In this document: positions 26,614-40,702 of the stretch, piece by piece
Layout: every line of letters starts with the position of its first letter
Position numbering within the stretch: the first letter of the stretch is position 1
Translations under genes and position numbers: made by a program
Notes under the pieces: generated by a model
Databases searched by the model: none
What the model saw: only the letters and a program-made list of their open reading frames with translations
What the model was told of the DNA's origin: nothing
Assembly: GCA_951406725.2 (NCBI GenBank)
Contig: OX597820.1
Coordinates: 63,674,001-63,738,000 of the forward strand
Direction: 5' to 3'
DNA: 64,000 nucleotides
Source of the DNA: Octopus vulgaris
Lineage: Eukaryota

Positions 26614-27835
26614 CTCAGCTAATACGACTAGGAAGAAATAATGCAAATGAAAGCTCCAATGAACGCTGCATTGCTGTCTAACAATATCACATACCATGTA
26701 AAGTGACATCAATGTATGCTAGATCGTTTTGGCGTATGTCAACTAAGCTTCTTTTCAATCATTTTACCATTTTATTATTTTCTTTCTAACAGTAATGAAG
26801 ATGGGTTAAGATAAAAGAGCAAATTTAATATGTTTGATTAAATGTACAAAGAGAATAGATTGAATTATAAACAGTACCAAACTCATTATTTTTTTTAATA
26901 TTCTTCCATTATTCTCCTAATTTATGAATGTGGTACTAGTATTTAATGTATGTTCCTGCAAAACACGGAATTTACACAGAATATGGGATTTGGTTATACA
27001 AGTGCAAATGAATATACATTTTCATATGACTTTGAACTTTGAACTCCTTTTTATTCTTTTTTTCATTGATGACCACAGCCTCTCTTATTTTCTTAACCTC
27101 CCCATCCTACTTGCTAAAACTAGCGTCTTGAAAGGTCACCAGGAATTATGAGAAAAGGTGGTTTATTTACAAATATGTAGATAAGTATACAATGGGAAAG
27201 AAAAGAAAGGAAAGGGAAGAAAGAAGGAAAGAAAGGAAAAATGATTTGTATTGATATTTCAATGGCTTGACTACATCAAATTGAAAAGAAACTTCTCTCT
27301 CACTCCTTTACCCATCCTATATTATTTTATCCTCTTTCTGCAGCGACCTCTCTCTGTCTATTTTCTCCAGCCCTCTTTGCTTCTTTTTCTGCCTTTACCC
27401 CTTTTTCCAAAAAAAAAATATATATATATTTTTCTCTTCTTGTAAACAATGAAAAGAACATTTGATTCATATAAATACAAAACGAAACGTTCTGTTTTTT
27501 TCCATTTTTCTTTCGTCTTCATGGGTTCGATAAACTAATGAAAGGGCAAATAAAGAATTATCCAAAATTCTGACTGCCTCTTTTTCTCAATATGCAATAT
27601 CTATACAGCACTTCAAACTCTCTATACGTATATATATGGGGGTGTTCGTGTATGTTGTGTTGTGTTTGTGTATGTGTGTGTGCGTGTGAGAGGGAGAGAG
27701 AAACTGAGTTGAGAGGGGAATAACTATTATCTTTTGAACTTTATTAGCTCTTTCTGCTATAAGATGCAGTGGACTCATTCTTGAATACATGACTAGCATC
27801 ATCGGAACCTGTACATATCTATCTATCTGTTTATC

Positions 27836-27887
<52 letters not shown>

Positions 27888-28842
27888 GATATATATGTAT
27901 ATATGGGGCGTATATGTGGGGACGTGTAAGTGGCGTGTATGTTTGTGTGTGTATGTGTGTCTCCCTCTGTTTGTCTGTATGTGCTTGTGGTAAAGATTGG
28001 GCTGTAAAGTTGTGATGTAAATACAGTGTATTTGCGTGAAAGTATTATAAGAGAAGGCACTATTATCACATTGATAATGTTAAAATGAAAACGTCACGTT
28101 GATAATACAATGGGATTTTTTTACGTACGTAACAACGTTAGACACACAACAAATCGTTTGACTCACTAGATATAACAGCAGAATATCCTTAAGTTTACAT
28201 CCTATCGTAAACAGAAATGTAGAAAATGAATATCAGATTGACTTAACTGTTCAATGGCGGAGATGATATTCTCGACTAAAACCCTTGAAAGTGGTGCCCT
28301 AGCTTTGCCAACCACCGTCCAATACCTGAAAACACTAAAAGAACACACCATAAAAATATAGTAAAAGAATATAATGAAAATAACAATGAAAACTAAAGCA
28401 AATATTAATGTAGAAGGAACTATTGTTATACGGTTCATATTGCAATCCTAGTGAAATGAAATGAAGTGAAGTGTTTCTCTTGTAACACTGCAAAAACGGT
28501 CAATGTTTGCGTAGGTGGTGAAGGAGGCCGTAGAGAGGGAAGTTTAAGAATAACAAACAAGTGCACGACACCCGAGACGTTGAGGTTAGTTTATTGTTCC
28601 TCTGACTTGTTGTTGAAATGTTGTTGGATAGAGAGGAAAAAAAATCTGAATAGAGAAGTGCGTGGGGGAAACGAAGAGCCGGAAATTGGACTGGACAAAT
28701 GATGTAGAGAACTATAGATGAATACACTATTAAACTTAAGCAAGCGTAAATATATGTGTGTGAACTCACACGTGAGATAAGCACACGCCTTTGCTATTTT
28801 TACATATGTGTGTGTATACATAAAGACATACACACTTTTATG

Positions 28843-28904
<62 letters not shown>

Positions 28905-29426
28905 TACATACATACATACATGCATACATACATACATACATACATACAGCACAAAAACAGACAGAGATTCCCAAACACATATAAGCATACACACACATTC
29001 AGACAAAACACTCGTAAATACACATAGACATGTACTGATTCATACATAGGCATACGCCATTTAATGGACGTGGTGGAATTGTGTGGTTAGTGACAAATAT
29101 CTGTAAACGCACACATTGGTTAAATGTAATGATTACATGCCAAACGTGTTCTAAGTTATTCTCACTCATATACTCAAATATACAAAAAAATCACATACAC
29201 ACACTTACAATATATTGAATGCGATTGTGAACATATACACACGAGTAATGAGATTGTTATGTGTGTGAGTTGTTTGTATGCTTGTGTGTATATTTTTCTG
29301 TGTACATGTGTGTGTGTGTGTGTGTGTGAACAAAACCACACTTACAGATATAAACAGGCTTTAGTGTCATGAAGAAGTATATGATTAATTACATGCATAC
29401 ACAAACATAAATACATTCATACATAC

Positions 29427-29496
<70 letters not shown>

Positions 29497-30180
29497 CTAC
29501 ATTATTAATTACACACAAACACACACTCACATACATACATACATATATATATACATACGGACACAAGCACAAACATACACACACATATGTATACACGGGC
29601 ATACACATGCCACCAGGTATTGAATCGTACACATATACATACATGCATACTTACGACACATACATACATAGATTCACACACACATACAGCCACATACATA
29701 CGCACACAGAGACAAACAAATGTTCACAGATACACAACACATAATTTTGGAAGCAGTTCGGAAACGTTAGAATCGGACACACTTAAGTCTGCAAGTTCAA
29801 ACTTAAAATATTCTTGCTTCGTGTTGCTATTAATAGTATTGCATTTACCCCTTTGCTATTTCTTTGTTTCCTGTAGAGAGGTAGCCACATCGCAGTCATC
29901 AGTAACATAACCTGTTAAAGGTGTATATAGGGCAATCCAGTATTTCACACACGCGTTCAATATCCGTGCGTTGAACAGTGACTACCATTGATTAGTCTCT
30001 AATCCTTATATTCTTTTGTGAAGATAAGCTAGAATACTTTTTTTGTCTGGTATTTTTGCGAGGTGTTTTGGGCGCTTTGGGATGTTTTGAAGACATATTT
30101 CTGGTATGGACCTAACGATTTTAAATATATATTAAGGCTTTAGCAAAGCTCATTATTGATACTTTACAATCCGTCGAAAG

Positions 30181-30239
30181 TATCACATACTTGACGTATG
30201 CGTGTTATCAATATCACATACTTGACGCACGTGTGTTAT
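30181..30239. repeat. 31-bp-period tandem duplication (2 copies)
   Basis: tatcacatacttgacg(ta/ca)...gtgttat twice. Confidence 0.85.
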
Positions 30240-30849
30240 TTAAACACCGGGTACTGCGGGGTTTCGAACGGGAAAGATACTTTTAAAGCAGTATAGTATT
30301 AAAAAACACAGTATTCTGCAGGAAATGATAAAGAAACCGAGAAGTACAGTATTTCTCTGCCTTGTAACTTAACAATACTGTGCATTCGCCTCACTTCCGA
30401 AACTAAATGGAAATCCCTAGTCCCAAGTGTATACTGGTAGTCCAGAAACGTGTTTGCTTATTTGTAATTGCGTCACACAAATAGAATAAACTCAAATTTT
30501 GTAATAGCAATGTCTCTGTAATCTAAGCATGTCTTAGCGTTTAAACAACATAAGTACATCAAATATGTGATATTAGTAATGTTTAAATTATAACTACTTC
30601 CACTGAATAATGTCAAAACATTCATATCATTTCTCAATGGTACGCATTTTGCAGGATAAACTATAGGTCGACTGTATGCATCTCGTTAAAAAACTATTAA
30701 TTTATTTTATCAAATTTCAGGAAAATAAAATGCAATGTCGACCTCTGCAGAGATTTCATTCCGGACACAAGAAAATGAAACAAGACATTTTATCCAACAT
30801 GCTATATATTCTTTTATTTTTCTCCTCTAATATATATGCTTCGAGGGTC

Positions 30850-31020
30850 GAGTGACAATGTTAAGATGAGCTCGTCTCCATTTGATTAAAGTTTGCGAAT
30901 GGGCTGTAGAAAGATAATATCGACGGGCTTCAATTTCGCGGATGATTTAATACGTTTAGTCCAATAATATGGTTAAAAATCGAATACCTGGACTTGAATC
31001 TATGAATCAAACGCTACAAA
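30850..31020 (+). pseudogene. Possible non-LTR reverse transcriptase remnant
   Basis: ttcaatttcgcggatgatttaata = FNFADDLI, like the RT catalytic FADD motif; little supporting context. Confidence 0.3.
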
Positions 31021-32631
31021 TTTATTTATTAACTTCAATGTTCACAAATTGCATATTCAAACAACAGCCTTCCTCTTTACATTAATTCAAGAACTGTGTG
31101 TTGGCGCTTCACATACTGATATTTCAACACATTCTCCAAACTTCTATCGAGACGCTACACAATTTGGTGATGAGTCTGGTACACGAAAACATATACGAGA
31201 CCAACTGCGTAGTGTAGAATCTTCGTCTTAGCTCTAACACTTACGGCAAATTTTGAGACTTCAAGTAATAATAACTTGCCATTACAATTCATATCCTTAA
31301 GTTAAATCTTATAGCAAGTAGCTTTCTGTATCATGTGACCTCATGCAACTGTATCTAAAAATGTTTTCAGATACGAATTTTATCTACTTAACACCTCCAC
31401 CTGTACTGCATGTTGGCATGGGATGTCCGTATCATATATCCTTACTAATTGTTGCCTTGAGAAATGTTGTCCTGTATCATAATCATTAAACAAATATTTA
31501 ATAGTTAATTATGCAACTAACAACAGTTACACCTCAAGAAACTGTACGCGATGAGCTGGGGATATCCTGTTTGGACAGCTGATCTGATCTTAAGAAATGA
31601 AGCCTTACTGAGCATAATTATCTAAAAAGAACATATTTACAGTATTTTTGCTATATTCACTCGATAAAATGTGTAAACTGTGCTGTCTTTTCACAATGAT
31701 CCAGACGCTGCAAATCTTACTTTATTGTTCGATTGTCAGTGGCGACCCCTTTTGCTTCGTATTGCATGGTAACACAAAACACTTAGTTACATACAACCGA
31801 TATGTACTCGTAAAAAAGTCAGAGTAATTCATGACACAATGCTTTTGCCTAGTTCATTCACATTTTCCCTTATTCATTCAATTTATTTAAAATATTTAAC
31901 ATAGGTGACTGTCTGAAGTTCAGCTGGCTGACCGACATATTCTACTTCAGGTAAAACTCAAGACAACGCATAATTGTGGGACCGGTTTCAATAGAAGCCT
32001 TTCGACTTTACGCTTCTACCATTTTTTTTCAGATCCTCAAATATACTTTTTGTCAGTCTTTACGAAATTCTAAATGTAGCACAGAATATTTAATTAAATA
32101 TTCACAAGACTTTAAGATCTTGTTTGGATAATCCCCAAATTCAAGTAATTACTGTTTGGATAAACAAGGTATAGCTAATTTAAATAAATATTTAATCAGC
32201 TGTCTATTTATAAACTCAATATATCTACTTAACTATTTAATTATGAATTTATCTGATTAGTTAGTTAATTATCTTTTGCATCAACTTTAAAATCTGGTTT
32301 TTAATTACCCTACATTTTCATAATTTTCATTCAGCATTCAACAGTGGCATCCATTGATAGTGCACATTCCTGCTCTAATTGAATTACTGAAATAATATAT
32401 ATTACTTCATTGTATTTTTATTATTCTCATTTCATTTATGATATTTCACATTATTTTTTATTTCTCACTTATTTACTTCATTTAATACTCAATTCCAATT
32501 ATATCCCTTTAAATATAATCTGGGAATCATTTCTCTTCATAAAATACTTATAAGGTTTCCCGAGTGAATAACAACATATTTATTGTGTTAATCAGAACGC
32601 ACCTTTGGTTAATGAGAGCTGATTGTATAAT

Positions 32632-32790
32632 GGCGCAGGCACGGGCGTGTTGTATGAAGTTCTTCACAACCGTACGATTCCGGGTTCAGATCTATGCGTG
32701 GAACTTTTGGAAAATGTCTTCTACAATAGCCCGAGGCTGACCAAATACTTGTGAATGGATTTCGTAGACGGAGACTGAAAAGTGTTCCTC
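32632..32790 (+). mobile_element. SINE family A, 5' half
   Basis: ggcgcagg...ccgggttcag...gtgaatggatttcgtagacggagactgaaa matches 47002 and 50367 copies. Confidence 0.75.
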
Positions 32791-32948
32791 AAATATATTC
32801 ATACGTTTGTGTGTGCGTGTGTGTGTGCGTGTGCATGTTTGTGTGTGAGCGAGTTTTTGTGTACGTGATTTCGTGTGTTTATGCACAATACATACATACA
32901 TACATACATACATACATACATACATGCATACATACATACGTACACACA

Positions 32949-32993
<45 letters not shown>

Positions 32994-32994
<1 letters not shown>

Positions 32995-33142
32995 ACGGGC
33001 TTCTTTCAGTTTCCATCTACCAAATCCTCTTACTAGGGTTTGGTCACCCTAAGGCTATAGTAGAAGATACATGCCCAAGGTGCGACGCAGTGGGACTGAA
33101 CGTGGAACGATGTTGGGAAAGCAAGCTTCTCACCACTCAAGC
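32994..33142 (-). mobile_element. SINE family A, 5' half, inverted
   Basis: acgggcttctttcagtttccatctaccaaatc...cgcagtgggactgaac is the reverse complement of the family A 5' half. Confidence 0.8.
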
Positions 33143-33652
33143 AAAATTTAGGTTAATTAAAATGTTTATGACAGATTTCAACTGCTAAAAGGCTAAGTCA
33201 CTGCTGTTGCCCTAGAGAAAATATTTGTTTTGTCACTGTCACCATGAATCAGGAAACCTAGGCATCGATGATTCAAGCTACTTCGGTTTTATGAACGGGA
33301 TATATCGAAGAGCGGCAACTCTCAACAGATCTTATTTTTCCATGTCGGGCGATGTATCAGTGCAAATCAGTCAACGATGTTGACTGGATATTACATAAAG
33401 CTATTACATTATAAGATTTGTTTAGAGGTTCTTCTCCAAGGTATATCCCATTGATAAAAGCCAAGTAGCTTAAAACGTCGATATCTGGGATTCCTGATAG
33501 ATGGCGACACTGAAAAAATGGAGTGCTTTCAGACATTTTGTACTCTACAAGAAATACTTTCTCTATGGTAACTAGCTAGAGAGAATTTGTCTTTAACAGT
33601 TGAAATATGTCACAAACATATCTCAACTAACCTAAATTTCTCTCTCCCTCTC

Positions 33653-33697
<45 letters not shown>

Positions 33698-33729
33698 GTG
33701 TGTGTGTGTGTATTGTTATAATACTAACT

Positions 33730-33884
33730 GGTTCGATTTCCACTCATTTATGTATATTTCCTAAACTTTTCGTTGCTTCTTGCAACTTCTTCAATAGTCG
33801 TCGAGAGTCAAAAGCCATTAAAGGGGTTACAAGAAGCATCGAAAATATTCGAAAAAATACATGTAAATGAATGGAGATCGAACC
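33730..33884. repeat. Imperfect inverted repeat (~68-bp arms)
   Basis: ggttcgatttccactcattta...cgttgcttcttgcaac versus gttacaagaagcatcg...taaatgaatggagatcgaacc. Confidence 0.7.
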
Positions 33885-34031
33885 GCTTTGTGTGTTAATT
33901 ACTATGGAATTAAAACAGAATGTATCTACTTGGACACAATAATATATGCTTCAACACACAAATTCACACAAACACACGGATATATGTGCTTGTGTGTGTG
34001 TGGGGGGGTGTATGAGTGTGTGTTTGTGTGT

Positions 34032-34350
34032 ACAGGGTAAAGGGTAAAGACCGCATTCATTATTGCACTTAAAAAGCTTCCGGGCAAATTTGTTTATGTA
34101 AGACCAGCGGTTGCTCACGCACACCAGCCTACTCTCTCCACATCACTGATGTTATCCACGTCAAAGAGAATGATCGATACAGCTTGGCAATAGTGACGTC
34201 GCAATTCCGTTTTACAGCTGAGTGAACTGGAGCAACGAGAAAAAAGAAAGTGTCTTGCTCAAGAACACAACACACAGAGCGGGATGGAAATCGAACTGAG
34301 AACCTCGTCATTGTGATCCTGACGCGCCAATTACTGAACCATGCACCTTA
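34032..34350 (-). mobile_element. tRNA-headed SINE family D with conserved-type central domain
   Basis: Minus strand: ggtgcatggttcagt (A-box-like), cagttcgatttcc (B box), then gtgttgtgttcttgagcaagacact...ccagttcactcagctgtaaa resembling the Meta/MESC-type core; (tttaccc) tail. Confidence 0.65.
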
Positions 34351-36711
34351 ACACACACACACACAGATATGCATATAGACGCGGTAATCCAGCACGACTC
34401 TAGCCTCTAGCTGCAACCGGTGAAAGGAAAAAAAAGAATATATATATTTCTTTATTGCCTACAAGGAGCTAAACATAGAGGGAACAAACAAGGAGATTAA
34501 GTTTTAAGTTTCTAAGGTGTAGGTACAATAGTTAATCAGACTCTGCATAAGGAGTGGACAACCGCCATAGATATTTAATGTGTACGTGTCTATGTATACA
34601 CGCATGTATGTACGCATGTTTGATCAATAAAATACATTATCAGTCAAGCATTGGGTTCCTTGAGGTCAACTGAATCCGTTTCCCAAAATTACTGGTTATC
34701 GGCCAAAATTTGAAAGGATATCATCAGTAGTAGTAATGCTGTAGTTGCTGTTATTTTGTATCACAGCCACGTCGCTGCGGAATGTAACGAAATGACAGCC
34801 ATCCACAACCAATTGTCGAATCATTCAGATTACGAAAATTCTCTGAAAGATTATTGTAGTTCCAAACATCACTCTTTTCTGTAACTGATGTACTTTCACA
34901 TTTGTTCTTATATTTTCAATGCAGTTTGTGAGCGTAGTCGGAGCTCTCAAACCGTCAACACGTCCAATACTCATCACCAATAGCAGTCTATTTATCTCCC
35001 ACTTCAGATTATTATATCTGACCTGCTGTCTTTCGTCCCATCACCAAGACATAAAAAATCCATGAGTAGACAGGTTTTCAACTCTTTATTCACAATCACT
35101 ACAACGTAGCTACATTCAAGATAACATTGGAGAATTACATCCAACACTATATTTACCATGCTTATGTGGTTTGCCCTTACCACGTCTTTGTTCTATCAAA
35201 TCCATATTTTCCGTAGAACACCGAATGAATTTTTTTCTCGACATTAGCGTGCCCATTTTTCCGTATTCGTTTGTGTGACAAGTCACTTAATGGAATTGAT
35301 TGCTATTATGATAACAGCTTGTAGGAGTGATGGCCTCTATCAATTCTGGCATAAGTACAAAAGCGTGTTAGGAGTCTATTTGAACCGCAGCCAAAATACA
35401 AATGACAGAATGTACTGGAAAATTCCCTCGACCCCTACAAGGAAGCTGTCTTTGAGTTGTACCATCGATACTGAAATATGCTAACTAGGCTTTTGCCCGG
35501 CAGAATCGTGAGCACACCGGGCAAAAGCCTATGGCAACTCGTCCGTAATGTCAGTAATGAAAACTTCTCGAAAATATGGAATTGTACTATTTTTGATGAA
35601 TATAGCATCGATCACAAATGATCAGTGAAACCTTGAATTACACAATGCAGAGTCTGAGTGACGAGCTACAAATAATGGAAGAAAGGTCGATGGCAATGGA
35701 TGTTGATGTAAGCAATCTCAGGCTGTAATTCTGTAGATACTCCAGCTGATAAGATCTATAATGTCTGAAGATATTTTAGTCATTGCACTAAGTTTATTGA
35801 GTTAGCATTACCAGTAATATGCCATTGCATTTGGGTGGTGACGATACCGTTGGTAAGGTCTCCGTACCTCTACTTAAGTGTTAAATTCAATTGTCATACG
35901 AATATATAATTGAAATAGAACATGAAATGAATTTTTAGAGACTCCTAGTTTTATATCACGTAACTGTTAGCTCAGCTACCTTGCGAATGAAGAAACTCAT
36001 CACCAGAACAAAATAATTAATAAATAAAACCTGAAATAACGTCGCTTTAAATGTTATCAACAGAAACTCTAAAACATGCTACCTGGGGAGTAAATAAAAT
36101 ACAATTCAATAGACACTAGTTACTGCTCAGCAGCTGATTATAGATTATTCAACCGAATTTCGGAACATTCTATAACTGAGAAAAACAAAGAGAAACAAAA
36201 CAAAAGAAAGAAAAACAAACATACTCCCTATTCTTTAATGCTGAAGATTCAACATCCATTCAGAACTGCTTCTTAGAGTAGTGTCTTTACAACTTTGCAA
36301 GCAATTGTATATGACTCATTATGAAAAATATGATGCCCCAGCTCCGGAAGAACACGATTTATCAGGGGAATATGCCGGTGCTTCATTAGAACAATCACTA
36401 AAACTAATAGGTTTGGCATTTAAATTTCAGAGGTTTCAATTTCCTGTCAGATGCAGATTTGCCTTCACCGTCTATAAATTTCACGGATAATCAACGATTG
36501 ATATTAGAATGAATCTGGCGTATCCTACCTTTTCATGTTGACAGCTACTGCAGCATATGTGAACACTGACCATCTCTTCGTCGCAGTACACTGACACTCT
36601 CTTCATTATTGCGTACAACTAAGAATATAGTTTATCCCAAGGCTGGGGAATGGAAAGATGTGAAAGCAATATCGCTGCCCAACGAAAACAGTGACAAAGT
36701 TATTAGTCACA

Positions 36712-37095
36712 TACAAGGTGGTATCAAAAACCTCCCTGACTAGTTTTGTTGCGCACAGAGAGATAGCAGCACATGGCTGCTTTCACAGTGAGAGCTTGCA
36801 GTGACCTTCATCAAGCAGTAGGGAAAGTACCATCACTGTGTTTACTTCCCAAGTTGTGAAATTTGCATTTTTCTGATCACGTATACGTTGTGGCCTGCGA
36901 TTTTGTCACGGAATAAGGTGTTAACGTGAAAGTTTGCATTAAACTTGGGGACTCTGCTACAGAATCATTGAGTACGACCTGGAGATGAAGAAGCAGTCGT
37001 CCCAAGGGAGGAGCGCTTCATCTCCAAGACAGAAGAAGCCACGACAGAGTTGAACCTCAATCAAGAACATGCTCATCGTTTTATTTGACATCCTT
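36712..37095 (+). mobile_element. Internally deleted mariner derivative
   Basis: TA + caaggtggtatcaaaaa TIR-like start; VKVCIKLGDSATE joined to YDLEMKKQSSQGRSASSPRQKKPRQS*TSIKNMLIVLFDI (mariner YDPETKxQS...MLIVFFD). Confidence 0.75.
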
Positions 37096-37148
37096 CATCA
37101 AGTGTATTTTATTTTTGGAAGACAAGTAGCCCACGAAAGAAAAACAAA

Positions 37149-37255
37149 AGACACCTGATGAAGGCTGGAGGGTATATCAGCCGAAATATTGTGGTAGCAA
37201 CAAATAAGATGAGGAAAAATATCCGTCACTTGTAAATAATGTAAATAATGTGGAT
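37149..37255 (+). ncRNA. Minimal hammerhead motif plus downstream tail; partial copy of the element at 63591-63878
   Basis: cac-CTGATGA-a-ggctgg(agggtata)tcagcc-GAAA-ta-TT-gtg; followed by aagatgaggaaaaatatccgtca..tgtaaataatgtaaataa shared with the reverse complement of 63628-63669. Confidence 0.65.
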
Positions 37256-37677
37256 ATATGCATGTTTATGTGTATAGCAGTCTACTTGTACTAATGTGCG
37301 TTTGTGTATCCCTATATGCATGTCTATGTCTCGGTATTTTGAGACACAATGATGTGTGCGGAACAGAATACATCCCATCAACATATACCGGACCACGCAA
37401 ACATCTCTCCCGTAACTCAAACCAATGTTACAGTATCACACAGACTACTGCAATAAGAATTATCCCACTCCCCGCTTAAGTAAAGCAGCTTACATAGAAA
37501 GGAAAAGTACATTATCCCCAAACTTTCAATCATTTTAAATGGTTTCTATTTTGTTTCGTTTTCACCAGTAATATCCAGGCTACTCTCCTTAAATACAAAT
37601 ATCCATTTAAATTTATATGTTAATAGCCCAATTTTTTTTGCCTTACCTAACGTACACACATACACACAGAGGAAGAA

Positions 37678-37815
<138 letters not shown>

Positions 37816-38609
37816 AAAGGAAGAAAGAAAGAGAATGAGAGACAGAGAAGGGAGGAATGGGAGAGACAAACCAAAGAGAGAGACTTGCACAGAAATAAAG
37901 GTGATACATGGCAATTGGTTGTAAGCTGGAAAGAGAAAGGTCAAGCGGTATATTAATATGCAAACACAGAAATGTAGATGCATAGAAAGATGATTGCTTT
38001 CGCTTTTCAGCTACAGAAAACATCAAGATGGTGTAGTAGCATCGCCTGCCAGAGTTTCATCCGATAATAAAATCTTTTTTTTTTTTATCAATTAATAGTA
38101 TTGATTTCATATTTTGTTGCTAGCAATTTCTGGGCAGAGAATCAGTTGATTAGATCACCCCACCGCCTAGTCTTTACTTGGTACTTAACTTATCGACCCC
38201 AAAAGGATGAAAGACAAATTCATGAAGGCGGCCGAAATGATGCTAAGACCGGCGTGCTTACAATTGTGACAGTTTGCCGATTTATCATTTAATTATGTTA
38301 CATTTTATTTATTCACCAGCATACACATATATGCACACATACACACGCACACACACAAAAAAACACACATACGCACGCACATAAACGATGCACACACACA
38401 CACACAAACACACACATACGTCACAGACACATATACTCGCAAACAGGAAAGTGTTCAATACATGGGATAAAATTATGGTTTCTGAAAGTGGATTTTCATC
38501 TCAAGTTTTACGCCATGATACTCTTGTTCTCTCTGTCTCTATCTTTTTCTCTTTCTACTCAGTCTTTCTTTTTCCGCTCACTCTCCTCCCCACTTTGCCT
38601 GTCTGTCTG

Positions 38610-38660
<51 letters not shown>

Positions 38661-39716
38661 CTCTCTCTATTTCTCTATCTCTCCTTTCTCTCTGTCCTTT
38701 GTGTCATGCATACACACAAGCACCAGATTTCTGCACAGATTCCCTGTACTAAATTCCCCACTCATGTATTCGGTCAACTTAAAGACACCAAAACCGACGA
38801 GCACTTGCTCTAAGTAATGCAAAGTGAGGGGTCGAATATATAAGTCTGTGATTTCAAAGTGAGCGCCTTCGCCATATTAGCCTAGTAAAACACACGCCAT
38901 GCGTTCTTTTGTTTCTTTATAATTGAAAAATACTATGTACACCTTTGAATAAAAAGAAAATATAAAAACAAACAAAATGCAAAAGCAAAAAAGCATTAGC
39001 TATGACAAAATAATGAGGTTTGATTTAAGCTTATCTTTTACATGTGGTGCCGATTTCTTAATGATAATGCACTGGAGTTCTTAAGAAACATTTGCCATTT
39101 TATGCGCTATCCTCCGCCATTAAATTTTCAATTGTCTTCTGCCTATAATATTTGTTTCGTACTTAAAACGTCACACATTTCCACTAAAATCATATATTTA
39201 TAATATAGTTTCATACTTGAGGAAATGAAACGTCTAAAGCTTAATGTTATTATATTTTATTTTTCATTTTAGTTTCACTTGCTTATTTATAGATTTTTCT
39301 GTTATATTATATTTTCTCAGTATTTCTTTTTCCAGCGAGTTTCTTATTCTTCTCGATATATTCTCTCTTTGAATTTGTCATTCTTTAGTTTTTAATTTTA
39401 TTGTTGTTTATATTCTGCTTTGCATTTTTGCTTTTACGTTTTATTGCTTCCTTTTTTGTCATTTTCTTTGTTTCCTTTGCTTTCCTTCAATCTACTCGTT
39501 TATCTTTATTTAGAATCGTTTCCTTTAGATTCTAGCATCTATATACTTATTCTATCCGCTAAACGTGCAGAGAATTTAATAATACAACATCGTCCATTGC
39601 AGCTGCAGCAGCTACTGTCTCTATCTCTATAACCACTGCTCTGCTTTCAAATCTGGCGTCTACCATCATACCAATAGTAAAATTTATTTTTGTACAATAG
39701 GCCCAAGGCCTTACAA

Positions 39717-39823
39717 TATTGAGTGAGAGAGCAGTGCATGCCATCAAAGAGATACTGGGGTAAAATATACAAAGCCCAGTATACCCATCATGACTATCTG
39801 TCTGATAAGGGTACACCAGGCAT
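39717..39823 (-). mobile_element. 3'-end-only copy of the ~550-bp (TAA)-associated element
   Basis: ttgagtgagagagcagtgcatgccatcaaag...gggtacaccaggca matches 20174-20278. Confidence 0.85.
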
Positions 39824-39827
39824 GTAA

Positions 39828-39995
39828 TTCATATCGATTACACCGATATCAATTCTCAAATCGTACTTATTTCATCGACCCCCCCCAGAAGGATGAAAGG
39901 CAATGTAGGCTTCCGTGGAATTTGAACTCAAAACATCAAGCCGGAAGAAATACTGCTTAGCCTTTTGTCGGGAGCGCTAACGATTTTGCTAACAC
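39828..39995 (-). mobile_element. SINE family B
   Basis: gtacttatttcatcgaccc...gaaggatgaaaggcaa...ggaatttgaactca is the reverse complement of family B. Confidence 0.7.
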
Positions 39996-39999
39996 ACTT

Positions 40000-40360
40000 T
40001 CTAAGAAGGCAAAGAGCTTCTGGGATTTTTGACTCCCACACAGACAAGGCGTTAGACCACCGAAGTCCGGATATAATAATGTTCAAGAAGGACGAACAAG
40101 AATGCTTAATGATCAACGTGGCAGTGCTCGGAGATCAATATCTCATCATGAGAGGAAGAGAAAACGTTCATGAACGAGAAAAGGTTCATAAATAATAATT
40201 GAGATCGCTGCGAGAGTCAAACATAAAAAGTTGTACCAGTTGTCATTGGCTTCAATAGCACCCAACCCCGAGGGAACATCTGAAAACTTTAGAAATATCT
40301 TACAATCTTGGTGCATTGCAAATATCGGCCTTTCTTGGAACTGTAAGAATATTGTGAAAA
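40000..40360 (+). pseudogene. Old Dong/R4-like endonuclease fragment
   Basis: HTDKALDHRSPDIIMFKKDEQECLMINVAVLGD...VVPVVIG...LQISAFLGTVRIL. Confidence 0.75.
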
Positions 40361-40702
40361 ATTGTGAGCTCCTTATGACTTGACAGACAATACAAACCTC
40401 TGGGATCTACAAATTCACGATGTTGGATACTGTGCAACGTCTTCAGTAATACTACTAATAATAATACCGATAATGTGCACAGTAGAACTGTTACCAATGG
40501 TTGCCATCCTTGGCACAGCCAGAATAATCAAATCAAGAAAGTGTTGGATAGCCGAAAAGAACGAATAGCAGCAAAACCCGTGATAAAGAGATGATGATGA
40601 TGACGACGACGACGACGATGATGATGAGGAGGAGGAGGAGGAGGAGGATTAGGAGGAGGAGGAGGAGGATGAGGATGAGGATGAGGATGAGGATGATAAT
40701 AA

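Noticed and set aside
36281-36490. 69-aa ORF with complex sequence (YDAPAPEEHDLSGEYAG)
   Set aside because: No recognisable domain; 3' part runs into SINE-like sequence
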